From Coriobacteriaceae bacterium (GTDB lineage Bacteria > Actinomycetota > Coriobacteriia > Coriobacteriales > UMGS124), in contig JAHZGC010000002.1 of the NCBI GenBank assembly GCA_019421015.1, positions 1,619 through 65,618 on the forward strand: a stretch of 64,000 nucleotides of DNA, in the 5' to 3' direction. The notes beneath the pieces were generated by a model. The model made no database searches. It saw nothing but the letters and a program-made list of their open reading frames with translations, and had not been told where the DNA came from. Positions within the stretch are counted from its first letter, which is position 1. Each line of letters begins with the position of its first letter. Shown here piece by piece: positions 33,647 to 43,325 of this stretch. A program made the position numbers and the translations under genes.

Positions 33647-36600
33647 CTCCCCATACACCCCCACCGTGCGCGAGAGCACCTGGTACTCGCGGTCGCAGTC
33701 CTTGGCGAGCTCACTCTGCAACCGGCTCGAGAGTTCGGGCTTGCGGCTGGCCAGTCGCGCATAGCGGTCCTGACCTGCAAGGAAGTCCTTCATCGAGCCG
33801 TTGGGCGCGGCGCAGTCCACGGTGAGCGGGTCCTTGCCCTGCCGGGCCAGCCGCGGGTCGAACCTGAACAGCGGCCAGTAGCCCGCCTCCACCGCCTCCT
33901 TGGACGCCCGGATCGAGGTGCCCATGCCCGCCTTGAGCCCCCAGCTGATGCACGGGCACAGCGCGATCACGATGCTCGGCCCGTCGTAGTTCTCGGCCTC
34001 GCGCAGCGCGTCGATGGCCTGCTGCATGTTGGCGCCCAGGCAGATCTGCGCCACGTACACGTAGCCGTAGGCCATCATCATGCGGCCCAGGTTCTTCTTG
34101 GGCGTGGCCTTGCCGTTGAGCGCAAAGCCGCTCACGCTGCCCAGTTGGGTGGCCTTGCTCATCTCGCCGCCGGTGTTGGAGTACCCCTCGGTGTCGAGCA
34201 CCAGCACGTTGAGGTTCTCTCCGCTGGCCAACACCTCGTCGAGGCCGCCGTAGCCGATGTCGTAGGCCCACCCGTCGCCGCCCACGGCCCAGACGCTCTT
34301 CTTGCCGAACATGCTCCCGCAGTCCAGGATCTCGCGCACCTGGGCGAGAAGCCCCCGCGACCTTGCGGCGGCCTCCGTGGAAGCGCCGTTGTCCGGAGCG
34401 CCTGCGGTTCCCGAGCTTACCGCCACTCCGCTTATGCCGTCCATTCCCGAGGTCTTCTCCGCCCCCTGCATCCAGCTGCGCAGCGCATCCTGGGCTGCCT
34501 GACCTGCGGCGTAGGCAGCGTCGGCGTCGTCGCGCACGGCGATCCACGCCTCCAGGAGCGTCTTGACCTCGGTGGGCGTCTCCGCTGCCTGGGCCACCGA
34601 GGTGGCCAGGTTCACCAGGTGCTGGCGGCGCACCTTGACCGCCTTGGCGATGCCGTAGCCGTACTCGCCGTTGTCCTCGAAGAGCGAGTTGCCCCAGGCC
34701 GGCCCGTGGCCACGGCGGTTCACGGTGTAGGGCATCGCGGGGCTGTAGGCGCCCCAGATCGAGCTGCACCCGGTGGCGTTGGCCATGATGAGCCGATCGC
34801 CGAAAAGCTGGGTGAGCAGCTTTACGTGCGGGGTCTCTCCGCAGCCGCCGCAGCAGCCCGAGAACTCGAGCAGTGGCTGCTGGAGCTGGGTGCCGGGGAT
34901 GCTGGTGGCGGGGATCAGGTCGTCTTTGATCGAGACGTTGGCCTGGGCAAACGCCAGGTTCTGCCTCTGTTCGTCGAGCTGGCTGGCCAGGGGCCGCATG
35001 ACCAGGGCCTTACCCGGCGCGGGGCAGTTGTCGGCGCACGAGCCGCACCCCACGCAGTCCTGCGGGTACACCTGGATGCGGAGGTTGAGCCCCTCGAGCC
35101 CCTTGAAGCTGGCCTTCTTGGTGGCGTAGCCGGCCGGCGCGCCCTCGAGCTCGGCATCGGTGGCCAGGTAGGGCCGGATGGCCGCATGGGGGCACACGAG
35201 CGAGCACTCGTAGCACTGCACGCACTTGGCCACGTCCCACTCCGGGATCTCAAAGGCCACGGTGCGCTTCTCGTAGGCGGCTGTGCCTGGGGGAACGATG
35301 CCGGCGGGATCGAGCTTGGACACCGGCAGCGCGTTGCCCTCGAGCCGCTCGATGGGCCAGAAGACGTCGTCCAGGTAGGCCTGGGAGGGGCCTCCGTGGG
35401 GTCCGACCGAGGGCGACGGCCCCGCTGTGGTCGCGCCACCTTGACTCTTCGCATCGGAGAAGCCCTCGTCTTCCGGGGCCTTCTCCGATGCGGTACCCCA
35501 GCTGGCGGGGTAGTCGACCTGCACGATGGCCCCGGCTGTGGCGTCGATGGCCTGGATGTTCTTGGCCACCACGTCGGACCCCTTGGAGGCGTACATCACC
35601 TGCACGTCCCGCTTGAGGGCGCTTGCCGCGGCGTCGAAGTCCATGGCGCCCGAGAGCTTGAAGAAGGCCGTCTCCATGACCATGTTGATGCGCGCACCAA
35701 GCCCCACCTGCGCCGCGATGGCCGAGGCGTCGATCACGTAGAAGCGCGCCTTCTTGGCCGCGATGGCCTGCCGCAGCGTCGCGGGCAGCTCTCGTTCGAG
35801 CTCGCCGACCGTGGTCCAGGGGGCGTTGAGCACAAAGACGCCGCCTTCCTTGAGGTGCTCGAGCATGCGGTAGCCACGCTTGACGTAGATGTCTTTGTGG
35901 CAGGCCACGTAGTCGGCGCGGTCGATGAGGTAGGGGGCATCGATGGGATCGGGGCCCAGCCGCAGGTAGGTGATCGTGAGGCCGCCCGACTTCTTGGAGT
36001 CGAACCACGAGTATTCCTGCACGTAGGCGCCGGTCTTGTCGCTCACGATCTTGGCGGCCTCCTTGCTGGCACCCACGGTGCCGTCGCTGCCGAAGCCGTA
36101 GAAGATGCACTGGGTGAGGCCGCGTCCCTCCAGCAGGTCGAGCTCCGGGCCTACCGGCAGCGACAGGTGGGTCACGTCGTCGTCGATGCCCACGGTGAAG
36201 CGCGGCTTCATGGGGGCGGCGGCCGAGGTCCCGCCGTCGCTCAGAGCGGGTTCTCGGCCGCAAGGTGCCGGGAGGTGAGGCGTACTAGATGTACGTGAGC
36301 CTTCCGGGAACGCGGCGGCCGAGGTTCCGCCACCATCCCTCATGTTGTCGAAGACGGCGCGCACCATGGCGGGGGTAAAGTCCTTCGAGCTCAGCCCATA
36401 GCGGCCGCCGATGGCCCGCACGTCGCCGCGCCCCTGGCTCATGAGCGCGCAGCATACGTCCTGGAGCAGGGGTTCTCCCTGGCTGCCGGGCTCTTTGGTG
36501 CGGTCGAGGGCGCACACCACGCGCGTGCTCGCCGGTAGGGTCGCCACAAAGCGCTCAGCGTCGAAGGGCCGGTAGAGGCGCACCTTCACGAGGCCCACCT

Positions 36601-37516
36601 TCTCGCCCTGGGCGTTAAGGTGGCGCACGGTCTGCTCCACCACCGAACAGCTCGAACCCATGGCCACTACCACGCGCTCGGCATCGGGTGCCCCCACGTA
36701 GTCAAAGGCGTGGTAGCTGCGGCCGGTAAGGGCTGCTACCTGCGCCATGGTCTTCTCCACGATGCCCGGCAGCGCGTCGTAGTAGCGGTTGGGTGCCTCG
36801 CGGTTCTGGAAGTAGATGTCGGGGTTCTGGGCGGTGCCGCGAATCTGCGGGTGCTCTGGGTCCATGGCGCGGGCGCGGAACGCACGGACCTTGTCCCAGT
36901 TCACCAGGCCGGTCATGGCCTCGGGCGCGATGGTCTCGATGGTGCAGATCTCGTCGCTCGTGCGAAAACCGTCAAAGAAGTGCGCAAAGGGGAGCGACCC
37001 CTCGATGGCGCTCAGGTGTGCCACCAGGCTCAGGTCCATGCACTCCTGCACCGACGAGCTGGCCAGCATGGCCACGCCCGTGGCGCGCACGGCCATGATG
37101 TCCTGGTGGTCTCCGAAGATCGAGAGCGCGTGGGCCGCCAGCGACCGGCACGTGATGTGGAACACGCCGGGCAGCAGCTCGCCGGCGATCTTGTACATGT
37201 TGGGGATCATGAGCATGAGGCCCTGGGAGGCGGTGAACGTGCTGGCCAGGGCCCCGCCGGCCAAGGCGCCGTGGAGCGCGCCGGCCACGCCCTTCTCAGA
37301 CTGCATCTCCTTGACCGCCACCGGCTGGCCAAAAAGGTTCGGGCGCCCGGCCGCCGCCCACGACTCCACGGTCTCGGCCATGTGCGACGCCGGCGTGATG
37401 GGGTAGATGGCCGCCACGTCGCTGAGCGCGTAGGCCGCCCACGCTGCGGCGGTCATGCCGTCCATGGCCTGGCGGGCGGGGGAGGACGAAGGTTGGGGGT
37501 TCGGGGTGGTCGTCAT
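33644..37516 (-). CDS. nifJ: Pyruvate:ferredoxin (flavodoxin) oxidoreductase
   Basis: AAWAAYALSDVAAIYPITPAS...EMQSEKGVAGALHGAL. Two CxxCxxCxxxCP motifs. TPP-binding C-terminus GGDGWAYDIGYGGLD. Start set at ATG 37516 (the ORF track starts at 37576). Confidence 0.9.
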   Translation of the reverse strand: MTTTPNPQPSSSPARQAMDGMTAAAWAAYALSDVAAIYPITPASHMAETVESWAAAGRPNLFGQPVAVKEMQSEKGVAGALHGALAGGALASTFTASQGLMLMIPNMYKIAGELLPGVFHITCRSLAAHALSIFGDHQDIMAVRATGVAMLASSSVQECMDLSLVAHLSAIEGSLPFAHFFDGFRTSDEICTIETIAPEAMTGLVNWDKVRAFRARAMDPEHPQIRGTAQNPDIYFQNREAPNRYYDALPGIVEKTMAQVAALTGRSYHAFDYVGAPDAERVVVAMGSSCSVVEQTVRHLNAQGEKVGLVKVRLYRPFDAERFVATLPASTRVVCALDRTKEPGSQGEPLLQDVCCALMSQGRGDVRAIGGRYGLSSKDFTPAMVRAVFDNMRDGGGTSAAAFPEGSRTSSTPHLPAPCGREPALSDGGTSAAAPMKPRFTVGIDDDVTHLSLPVGPELDLLEGRGLTQCIFYGFGSDGTVGASKEAAKIVSDKTGAYVQEYSWFDSKKSGGLTITYLRLGPDPIDAPYLIDRADYVACHKDIYVKRGYRMLEHLKEGGVFVLNAPWTTVGELERELPATLRQAIAAKKARFYVIDASAIAAQVGLGARINMVMETAFFKLSGAMDFDAAASALKRDVQVMYASKGSDVVAKNIQAIDATAGAIVQVDYPASWGTASEKAPEDEGFSDAKSQGGATTAGPSPSVGPHGGPSQAYLDDVFWPIERLEGNALPVSKLDPAGIVPPGTAAYEKRTVAFEIPEWDVAKCVQCYECSLVCPHAAIRPYLATDAELEGAPAGYATKKASFKGLEGLNLRIQVYPQDCVGCGSCADNCPAPGKALVMRPLASQLDEQRQNLAFAQANVSIKDDLIPATSIPGTQLQQPLLEFSGCCGGCGETPHVKLLTQLFGDRLIMANATGCSSIWGAYSPAMPYTVNRRGHGPAWGNSLFEDNGEYGYGIAKAVKVRRQHLVNLATSVAQAAETPTEVKTLLEAWIAVRDDADAAYAAGQAAQDALRSWMQGAEKTSGMDGISGVAVSSGTAGAPDNGASTEAAARSRGLLAQVREILDCGSMFGKKSVWAVGGDGWAYDIGYGGLDEVLASGENLNVLVLDTEGYSNTGGEMSKATQLGSVSGFALNGKATPKKNLGRMMMAYGYVYVAQICLGANMQQAIDALREAENYDGPSIVIALCPCISWGLKAGMGTSIRASKEAVEAGYWPLFRFDPRLARQGKDPLTVDCAAPNGSMKDFLAGQDRYARLASRKPELSSRLQSELAKDCDREYQVLSRTVGVYGE

Positions 37517-37662
37517 GGCGAGAGGCACCTTCTTGGGGTCGGGGGGTACGGGCGGGCGTTTGCGTAGATGGCGCACGCGTGTTTGGGGCGGTATGTACCC
37601 GGTCGGGTTCGGGGACGTTGGGGATGCCGCCGGAGGTGCCCAAGTCTGCAGAAGCTGTGGGT

Positions 37663-37782
37663 TGGCAAGAAATTCGAGATATCAGGATGTTTTACATGCT
37701 TGGAGGGCCTCTGTCATCCTGATATCTTGCATTTTTTGCCAATGGGGCCGGAAAACTTCCTGATTTATCGCAATTCTTGCCA
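37663..37782. repeat. Phased motif array, family 2, locus F (1 direct + 2 inverted)
   Basis: TGGCAAGAAATTCGAGATATCAGGA at 37663. Inverted TCCTGA...TTGCCA units start at 37717 and 37758 (41 bp apart). Confidence 0.8.
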
Positions 37783-37860
37783 GCGGTCCTCGCCCCCCGG
37801 GTAAATCATGAAATGGAGGCGAGACCGCCGACAGCGTGCCGGGATTCCCCCAGGTCGAGC

Positions 37861-38072
37861 TGACACCAAACTGGCGTTCTGTAAGTGGAATCGACCTGTG
37901 TTGGCACCGAATACGAGTTTTGTAAGCAGGGTCGGGGGCTTATCGCCCAAAATCGAGGGCCCGGGCTTACAGAACGCCGGTTTGGTGCCACTTTCCGCTC
38001 GACGGGCTTACAAAACTCGCATCCGGTGCCAACGCGCGCCCCGCGCCCTTACAAAACTCGCATTTGGTGCCG
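37861..38072. repeat. Phased motif array, family 1, locus D (2 direct + 3 inverted)
   Basis: Direct units start at 37861 and 37902. Inverted units start at 37966, 38007 and 38048. 41/64-bp geometry. Confidence 0.9.
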
Positions 38073-38174
38073 CGAGCCACCTGTCGGCCAACCCGCCGAC
38101 CACCCACCAGCCGGCCGCCAACCATCCCACCCGGCCACCCCATCCGGCGTCCCACGCCGTCCGCCTGTGCGCTC

Positions 38175-39446
38175 CTACCCCACAACCCCCTTCTCCCGCA
38201 GCTCGTCCACCTGCGCCTCCGTGTACCCCAGCTCGCTCAGCATGCGTGCGGTGTCGGCCCCCAGCGCCGGTGCCGGCCCAATGGTCGGCTGCCAGCCCGA
38301 GAACAGAATCGGGCATCCTACCAGCTTGAACGTCCCGCGCGCGCCGCCCTGGTCCACGCTTGCGATAAGTCCGGCCTGTGCCAGTTCGTCGTCGGCCGCA
38401 AGCTCGGCCCAGCTCAGCACCGGCCCGCAGGGCACGCCGGCCGCCCCGAGCGCCTTCGTCACCTCGTACTTGTCGCGCGTGATCGTGTATTTCTCCGCGG
38501 CGGCGTAGATATCGCGCTTGTGTTCGAAGCGGGCCTCGGGGGTGTTGTAGCGCGGGTCGGTCTTCCAGCTCTCGAGCCCCAGCGCGTCGCAGAACTCCTC
38601 GAACCCCTTGCCCGCCCGCTGCACCACCACGTACACGTAGGCGTTGGGGTCGGTCTCCCAGCCCTTGCACCGGTAGCACCACCCCAGCTCGCCGCCGCCC
38701 TCGGCGTTGGCCACGCGGGGCACGGCCCGCCCCTGCTTCTGGTAGGGGTAGTTGGGGTATTCGGGCAGGTAGCCCTTGGCGTCGAGGAACGCCTGGTCGT
38801 GCATGCGCACGCGCCCCAGGTTGAGCACCGCGTTTTGCATGGACTGCTCCACGTGGCAGCCATCGCCGGTGCGGGAGCGCTGCTGCAGGGCGGCAAGCAA
38901 CCCAATGAGCAGGTGCATGCCGGCGTTCACGTCGCCCAGCGACGAGCCCGAGAGCAGCGGCGCGTCGTTGGGCCCCATGTTCCAGCCGGTGTTCGAGGCG
39001 GCTCCGCCCATGCACTGGGCCAGCGCGTCGAAGGCCTCGGCCGGCTGATAGCGGTAACCGGGGTTCGTGCAGCTCAACGACCCCATGATGAGCCGCGGGT
39101 TCAGGGTGTGCACGCTGTCCCATGCCAGCCCCAGACCCTCGAGGGCCGCAGGGCCGCGGTCTTCCACAAAGAGGTCGGCCTGGGCGAGAAGGTCGCGCAG
39201 GATGCGCGCGCCATCGGGGGAGGCCAGGTCCACCGCGATTGAGCGCTTGTTGGTGTTGAGCTGCACAAATCCCAGGCTGTCGGTATCGGGGACGTCCTGC
39301 AGGCAACGGCGTTCGGGATCGCCTGTGCCAAGCGGTTCCACCTTAACAACGCTTGCGCCGAGCCATGCAAGCATTTGTGTGCAAGAGGGACCTGCGATGC
39401 CTTGCGTTATATCTATTACGTGCAGATATTCCAACGGAGCAACCAT
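38175..39446 (-). CDS. frc: Formyl-CoA:oxalate CoA-transferase (family III CoA-transferase)
   Basis: Similar along its length to the Oxalobacter Frc sequence as I recall it (VIDITQGIAGPSCTQMLAWLGA..., GWCYRCKGWETDPNAYVYV, VPCGPVLS). Adjacent to oxc. Confidence 0.85.
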   Translation of the reverse strand: MVAPLEYLHVIDITQGIAGPSCTQMLAWLGASVVKVEPLGTGDPERRCLQDVPDTDSLGFVQLNTNKRSIAVDLASPDGARILRDLLAQADLFVEDRGPAALEGLGLAWDSVHTLNPRLIMGSLSCTNPGYRYQPAEAFDALAQCMGGAASNTGWNMGPNDAPLLSGSSLGDVNAGMHLLIGLLAALQQRSRTGDGCHVEQSMQNAVLNLGRVRMHDQAFLDAKGYLPEYPNYPYQKQGRAVPRVANAEGGGELGWCYRCKGWETDPNAYVYVVVQRAGKGFEEFCDALGLESWKTDPRYNTPEARFEHKRDIYAAAEKYTITRDKYEVTKALGAAGVPCGPVLSWAELAADDELAQAGLIASVDQGGARGTFKLVGCPILFSGWQPTIGPAPALGADTARMLSELGYTEAQVDELREKGVVG

Positions 39447-39621
39447 TTTTTATAACCCTTCCGATTGTACCAGAACCAATAGTGAATAAAACATCTTAGA
39501 GGTGCTAAAACAGTCTTATCAGTGTGTGATTATTACCATTAGATATGCCAAAGTTTCTAGAAAATGACGGGAAAGGGAACAGGTCTTACACGTTCATTCG
39601 TTACGTGTTTGGAGGCTGTTT

Positions 39622-41409
39622 ATGGCTACGACTGTTCCCGCCGCCGCAACGGCGGTTCCCGCCGCTTCCGCCACGGCGCCTGCGGCCAACCTCACCGACG
39701 GCATGCACATGCTGGTAGAGGCCCTGCTCACCAATGGGCTCAATAAGATGTACGGCGTGATCGGCATTCCCGTGACCGACGTCGCCCGTATCGGTCAGGG
39801 CGAGGGCATCCGCTACATCGGCATGCGCCACGAGGCCGACGCGGGCAACGCCGCTGCGGCAGCCGGCTTCATCACCGGCAAGCCCGGCGTGTTCATCACC
39901 GTCTCGGCCCCCGGCTTCCTAAATGGCCTGCCCCCGCTGAAGGAGGCCACCGAGAACGGCTGGCCCGTGATCATGATCTCGGGCTCCAGCGACCGCCAGC
40001 TCATCGACATGGGCGAGGGCGACTACGAGGGCCTGGACCAGTACAACTTTGCCAAGCCGTTCTGCAAGGCGGCCTACCGCATCGACAAGCCCGAGGACAT
40101 CGCCCTGGGCGTGGCCCGCGCCATCCGTGCCGCCCTGTCGGGCCGTCCCGGCGGCGTGTACCTCGACGTTCCTGGCGAGCTGCTGGGCGCCACCATGGAC
40201 CTCGACACGGCCAAGGCGACCATCTACGCGGTGAACGAGCCTGCCCCCGCCATGGTTCCCTCCCAGACGTCGGTCGACGCGGCCCTCAAGCTGCTGGCCG
40301 AGGCCAAGAATCCGCTGATCTACCTGGGCAAGGGCGCCGCCTACGCCCAGTGCGATCAGGAGATCCAGGACTTCGTGCACCAGACGGGCATCCCCTACCT
40401 GGCCATGTCGATGGCCAAGGGCCTCATCCCCGACACCGACCCCCAGAACGCCGCCTCGGCCCGCGGCCTCGCCATGCGCACGGCCGACGTGGTGATGCTG
40501 GTGGGCGCGCGCCTCAACTGGATGCTCAACTTCGGCAAGGGCAAGCACTGGAACGAGAACGTCAAGTTCATCCAGATCGACATCGACCCCACCGAGATCG
40601 ACAACTCCCGCAAGATCGACGCCCCCATCGTGGGCGACATCAAGAGCGCCATGGCCATGCTGCTCAAGGGCCTCAAGACCACGCCGATCAAGGTCGACCC
40701 CGCCTGGCCGCAACTGCTCGACGCCGACAAGCAGAAGAACGACGCCAAGTTCGCCGGCAAGACCTCCGAGGTCACCGAGCCGCTCAACCACTTCAACGCC
40801 CTGGGCGCCATCAAGAAGGTCATCGACCAGCACCCCGAGGTCTACATCACCAACGACGGCGCCAACGCGCTCGATGACTGCCGCGACATCATAAACATGG
40901 CCCTCCCGCGCCACCGCCTTGACTGCGGCACCTGGGGCGTCATGGGTGTGGCGACCCCCTACGCCATCGGCGCCGCCGTGGAGACCGGCCAGCCCGTGGT
41001 GGCCATCAGCGGCGACTGCGCCTTTGGCTTTGCCGGCATGGAGATCGAGACCATCACCCGCTTCAACCTGCCCGTGACCCAGATTGTGCTCAACAACGGC
41101 GGCATCTACCGCGGCGACTTCGAGAACCTGGGCACCGACGGCGACCCCTCGCCGCTGACCCTCACCGCCACCGGCCGCTACGAGAAGATTATGGAGGCCT
41201 TTGGCGGCGCGTCCTACTACTGCACCACGCCCCAGGAGATCGAGACCGCCCTTACCGAGGCCATCGCCTCCAAGAAGCCGGCCATGATCAACGTGCAGCT
41301 GAGCATCCACTCGGGCAAGGAGAGCGGCCACATCAGCTACCTGAACCCGCAGCCTGTGCGCGGGCCGTTGGCCACCAGCGAGATGGAAGATCTCACTAAG
41401 ACCATCTAG
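39622..41409 (+). CDS. oxc: Oxalyl-CoA decarboxylase (TPP-dependent)
   Basis: GGAGG SD. TDGMHMLVEALLTNGLNKMYGVIGIPVTD...; TPP-binding GDCAFGFAGMEIETITRFNLPV...LNNGGIY. ~595 aa, divergent from frc. Confidence 0.9.
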   Translation: MATTVPAAATAVPAASATAPAANLTDGMHMLVEALLTNGLNKMYGVIGIPVTDVARIGQGEGIRYIGMRHEADAGNAAAAAGFITGKPGVFITVSAPGFLNGLPPLKEATENGWPVIMISGSSDRQLIDMGEGDYEGLDQYNFAKPFCKAAYRIDKPEDIALGVARAIRAALSGRPGGVYLDVPGELLGATMDLDTAKATIYAVNEPAPAMVPSQTSVDAALKLLAEAKNPLIYLGKGAAYAQCDQEIQDFVHQTGIPYLAMSMAKGLIPDTDPQNAASARGLAMRTADVVMLVGARLNWMLNFGKGKHWNENVKFIQIDIDPTEIDNSRKIDAPIVGDIKSAMAMLLKGLKTTPIKVDPAWPQLLDADKQKNDAKFAGKTSEVTEPLNHFNALGAIKKVIDQHPEVYITNDGANALDDCRDIINMALPRHRLDCGTWGVMGVATPYAIGAAVETGQPVVAISGDCAFGFAGMEIETITRFNLPVTQIVLNNGGIYRGDFENLGTDGDPSPLTLTATGRYEKIMEAFGGASYYCTTPQEIETALTEAIASKKPAMINVQLSIHSGKESGHISYLNPQPVRGPLATSEMEDLTKTI

Positions 41410-41454
41410 CCCGTTAGTACGGTGGCGGAACCCCGCTCGCCGCGTTTTTACTCG

Positions 41455-41496
41455 CGCGGCGGAGAAGCCCCCGATTCCCAGGTCTTCTCCGCTGCG
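41455..41496 (+). terminator. Hairpin after oxc (stem GCGGAGAAG/CTTCTCCGC)
   Basis: GCGGAGAAG at 41459-41467 pairs with CTTCTCCGC at 41484-41492. No U-run. Confidence 0.45.
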
Positions 41497-41535
41497 AAAA
41501 GCCTCTGATCACCGATCCCCCTGGAAGGTCGGACC

Positions 41536-42708
41536 ATGGAAAAAATCTTGATACAGGACATATTGCCGATCCTGGTGATCATGATTCTCGGCTACATCTG
41601 CGGCAAGTTCAGCTACTTCGACGACGACCAGCGCCAGGGCCTCAACAAGGTCGTGCTGAACATCGCCCTGCCCGCCGCTCTGTTCGTCTCGATCGTCAAG
41701 GCAACGCGCGAGATGCTGTTCAGCGACCTGACCCTCACGATCCTCTCGGTCGTGGGCGTGGTGGGCATGTTCATGCTCAGCTACTGGCTGTGCCGCAAGC
41801 TGTTCCACCACAGCATGCAGGAGGCCGCCGTCTGCGCCCTGATCGCCGGCTCGCCGACCATCGGGTTCCTTGGTTTTGCCGTGCTCGACCCCATCTACGG
41901 CGACTCCGTCGACACCAACCTGGTCATCGCCATCGTGGCCATCGTGGTGAACGCCATTACGATTCCCATCGGCATGTACCTCATCAACCGCGGCCAGGCC
42001 AAGGATCTTGAGAAGGCCGCCAAGGCCGTCTCGAACAACACGCTGGCCGCCGAGGCCGTCCCTGCCGCCGCCGTTGCGGCCGGCACCGTGGCGGCTGGCA
42101 CCACCGCCAGCGGGGGCGCCGCGGGGACCAAGGCCCTCATGACCGAGCACGAGGCCAAGAAGGCCGGCAACAAGGACGCCGAGCTCCTGGTGGCCGACGG
42201 CTCCAAGAACGGTCAGGCCGCCAAGACCAGCAAGAACTCGAACGCCCTGGTCAGCGCCTTGAAGCAGCCGGTCTGCTGGGCGCCTATCCTCGCCGTGGTG
42301 TTCGTGCTCGTGGGCATTCGCGTGCCCGACCCGCTCGACCCCTGCTTCGACCTGATCGCCAAGGCCAACTCGGGCCTGGCCGTGCTCGCCGCCGGCCTGG
42401 CGCTCTCGACCGTGAAGTTCAGCCTCGACAAAGAGGTGCTGTGGAACACCTTCTTCCGCCTGATCCTGACCCCCGCCGTGTTCCTGGTGGCCGGCATCTT
42501 GTGCGGTATGGCAAGCGACCCCAGCAAGCTCGGCATGCTCATCATGGCTGTGGCCCTGCCGCCGGCGTTCTCGGGCATCATCATCTCGAGCCGCTATAAC
42601 ATCTACGTGCGCGAGGGTGCGAGCTCTGTGGCCGTCTCGACCGTGGGCTTTGCCGCGACCGTGATTCTGTGGGTCTGGCTCGTGCCCGTGGTGGCGCACA
42701 TGTTCTAA
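41536..42708 (+). CDS. AEC (auxin-efflux-carrier) family transporter
   Basis: GGAAGG SD. N-terminus MEKILIQDILPILVIMILGYICGK. Two 5-TM halves separated by a long Ala/Gly/Lys-rich loop. Confidence 0.8.
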   Translation: MEKILIQDILPILVIMILGYICGKFSYFDDDQRQGLNKVVLNIALPAALFVSIVKATREMLFSDLTLTILSVVGVVGMFMLSYWLCRKLFHHSMQEAAVCALIAGSPTIGFLGFAVLDPIYGDSVDTNLVIAIVAIVVNAITIPIGMYLINRGQAKDLEKAAKAVSNNTLAAEAVPAAAVAAGTVAAGTTASGGAAGTKALMTEHEAKKAGNKDAELLVADGSKNGQAAKTSKNSNALVSALKQPVCWAPILAVVFVLVGIRVPDPLDPCFDLIAKANSGLAVLAAGLALSTVKFSLDKEVLWNTFFRLILTPAVFLVAGILCGMASDPSKLGMLIMAVALPPAFSGIIISSRYNIYVREGASSVAVSTVGFAATVILWVWLVPVVAHMF

Positions 42709-43032
42709 GGGTTGCGCGCGGGTAATAACGGCCGTGCGATAACGGCTGCGCGGACAGCTGGTGCGACGCGCTTGCCAAACGGTTCCGTCGCCTGGGGGAG
42801 AAACCCCTGGGCGGCGGGACCGCTTGCGTGGGGGAGAAGGGCTGGCGGGTGGGGGCCCGCTGTTGGGATGGGTTTGCGGCCGGATGTGGTCTTTGGGGTG
42901 GGGGGCGCCCGCAACGGGGGACGCCCAGAGCGGGGGACGCCCAACATTACCTATGGGGCGTTGACGCGGGCGCCACGGGAGGGGGTGCGATATGCATCAT
43001 ACATTGAATATTTAACTGTTTTGAACGCAATT

Positions 43033-43254
43033 ACACCCGCGAAAAGGGGGTTCGTGTACCGCGTAACATCTCCGTTTTTTACGCAAAGGGGAGCAAAGGG
43101 GTCGTTGGCGCCATCCCAATGATGGTCGAACGGGGAGCCGCAATTCCGGGTAACACTCTGACCAGGGGTTTTGCCATGGCGTGATTGCACGGCCTTCAGT
43201 CGGGCGGTCAATATCAAACACTGCACGGTACACGAACCCCCGTTGTGCGGGTGT
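43033..43254. repeat. 29-bp inverted-repeat pair enclosing 164 bp, upstream of gene 43326-44171
   Basis: ACACCCGCGAAAAGGGGGTTCGTGTACCG at 43033-43061 and CGGTACACGAACCCCCGTTGTGCGGGTGT at 43226-43254. 26/29 identical to the arm at 7515-7543. Confidence 0.8.
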
Positions 43255-43325
43255 ATTCCCTGTGGCCGTATTTCGCTTCTCGAGAAGATGGTCGTGGCCA
43301 AAGAGGAGATTCCGGAGCTGTAACC

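Noticed and set aside
39447-39621. A specific promoter/operator call in the frc-oxc divergent region (palindrome ACACGT-N9-ACGTGT near 39588-39608).
   Set aside because: It is only a 6-bp palindrome and could arise by chance. It is mentioned within the oxalate-locus finding but not annotated as a feature.
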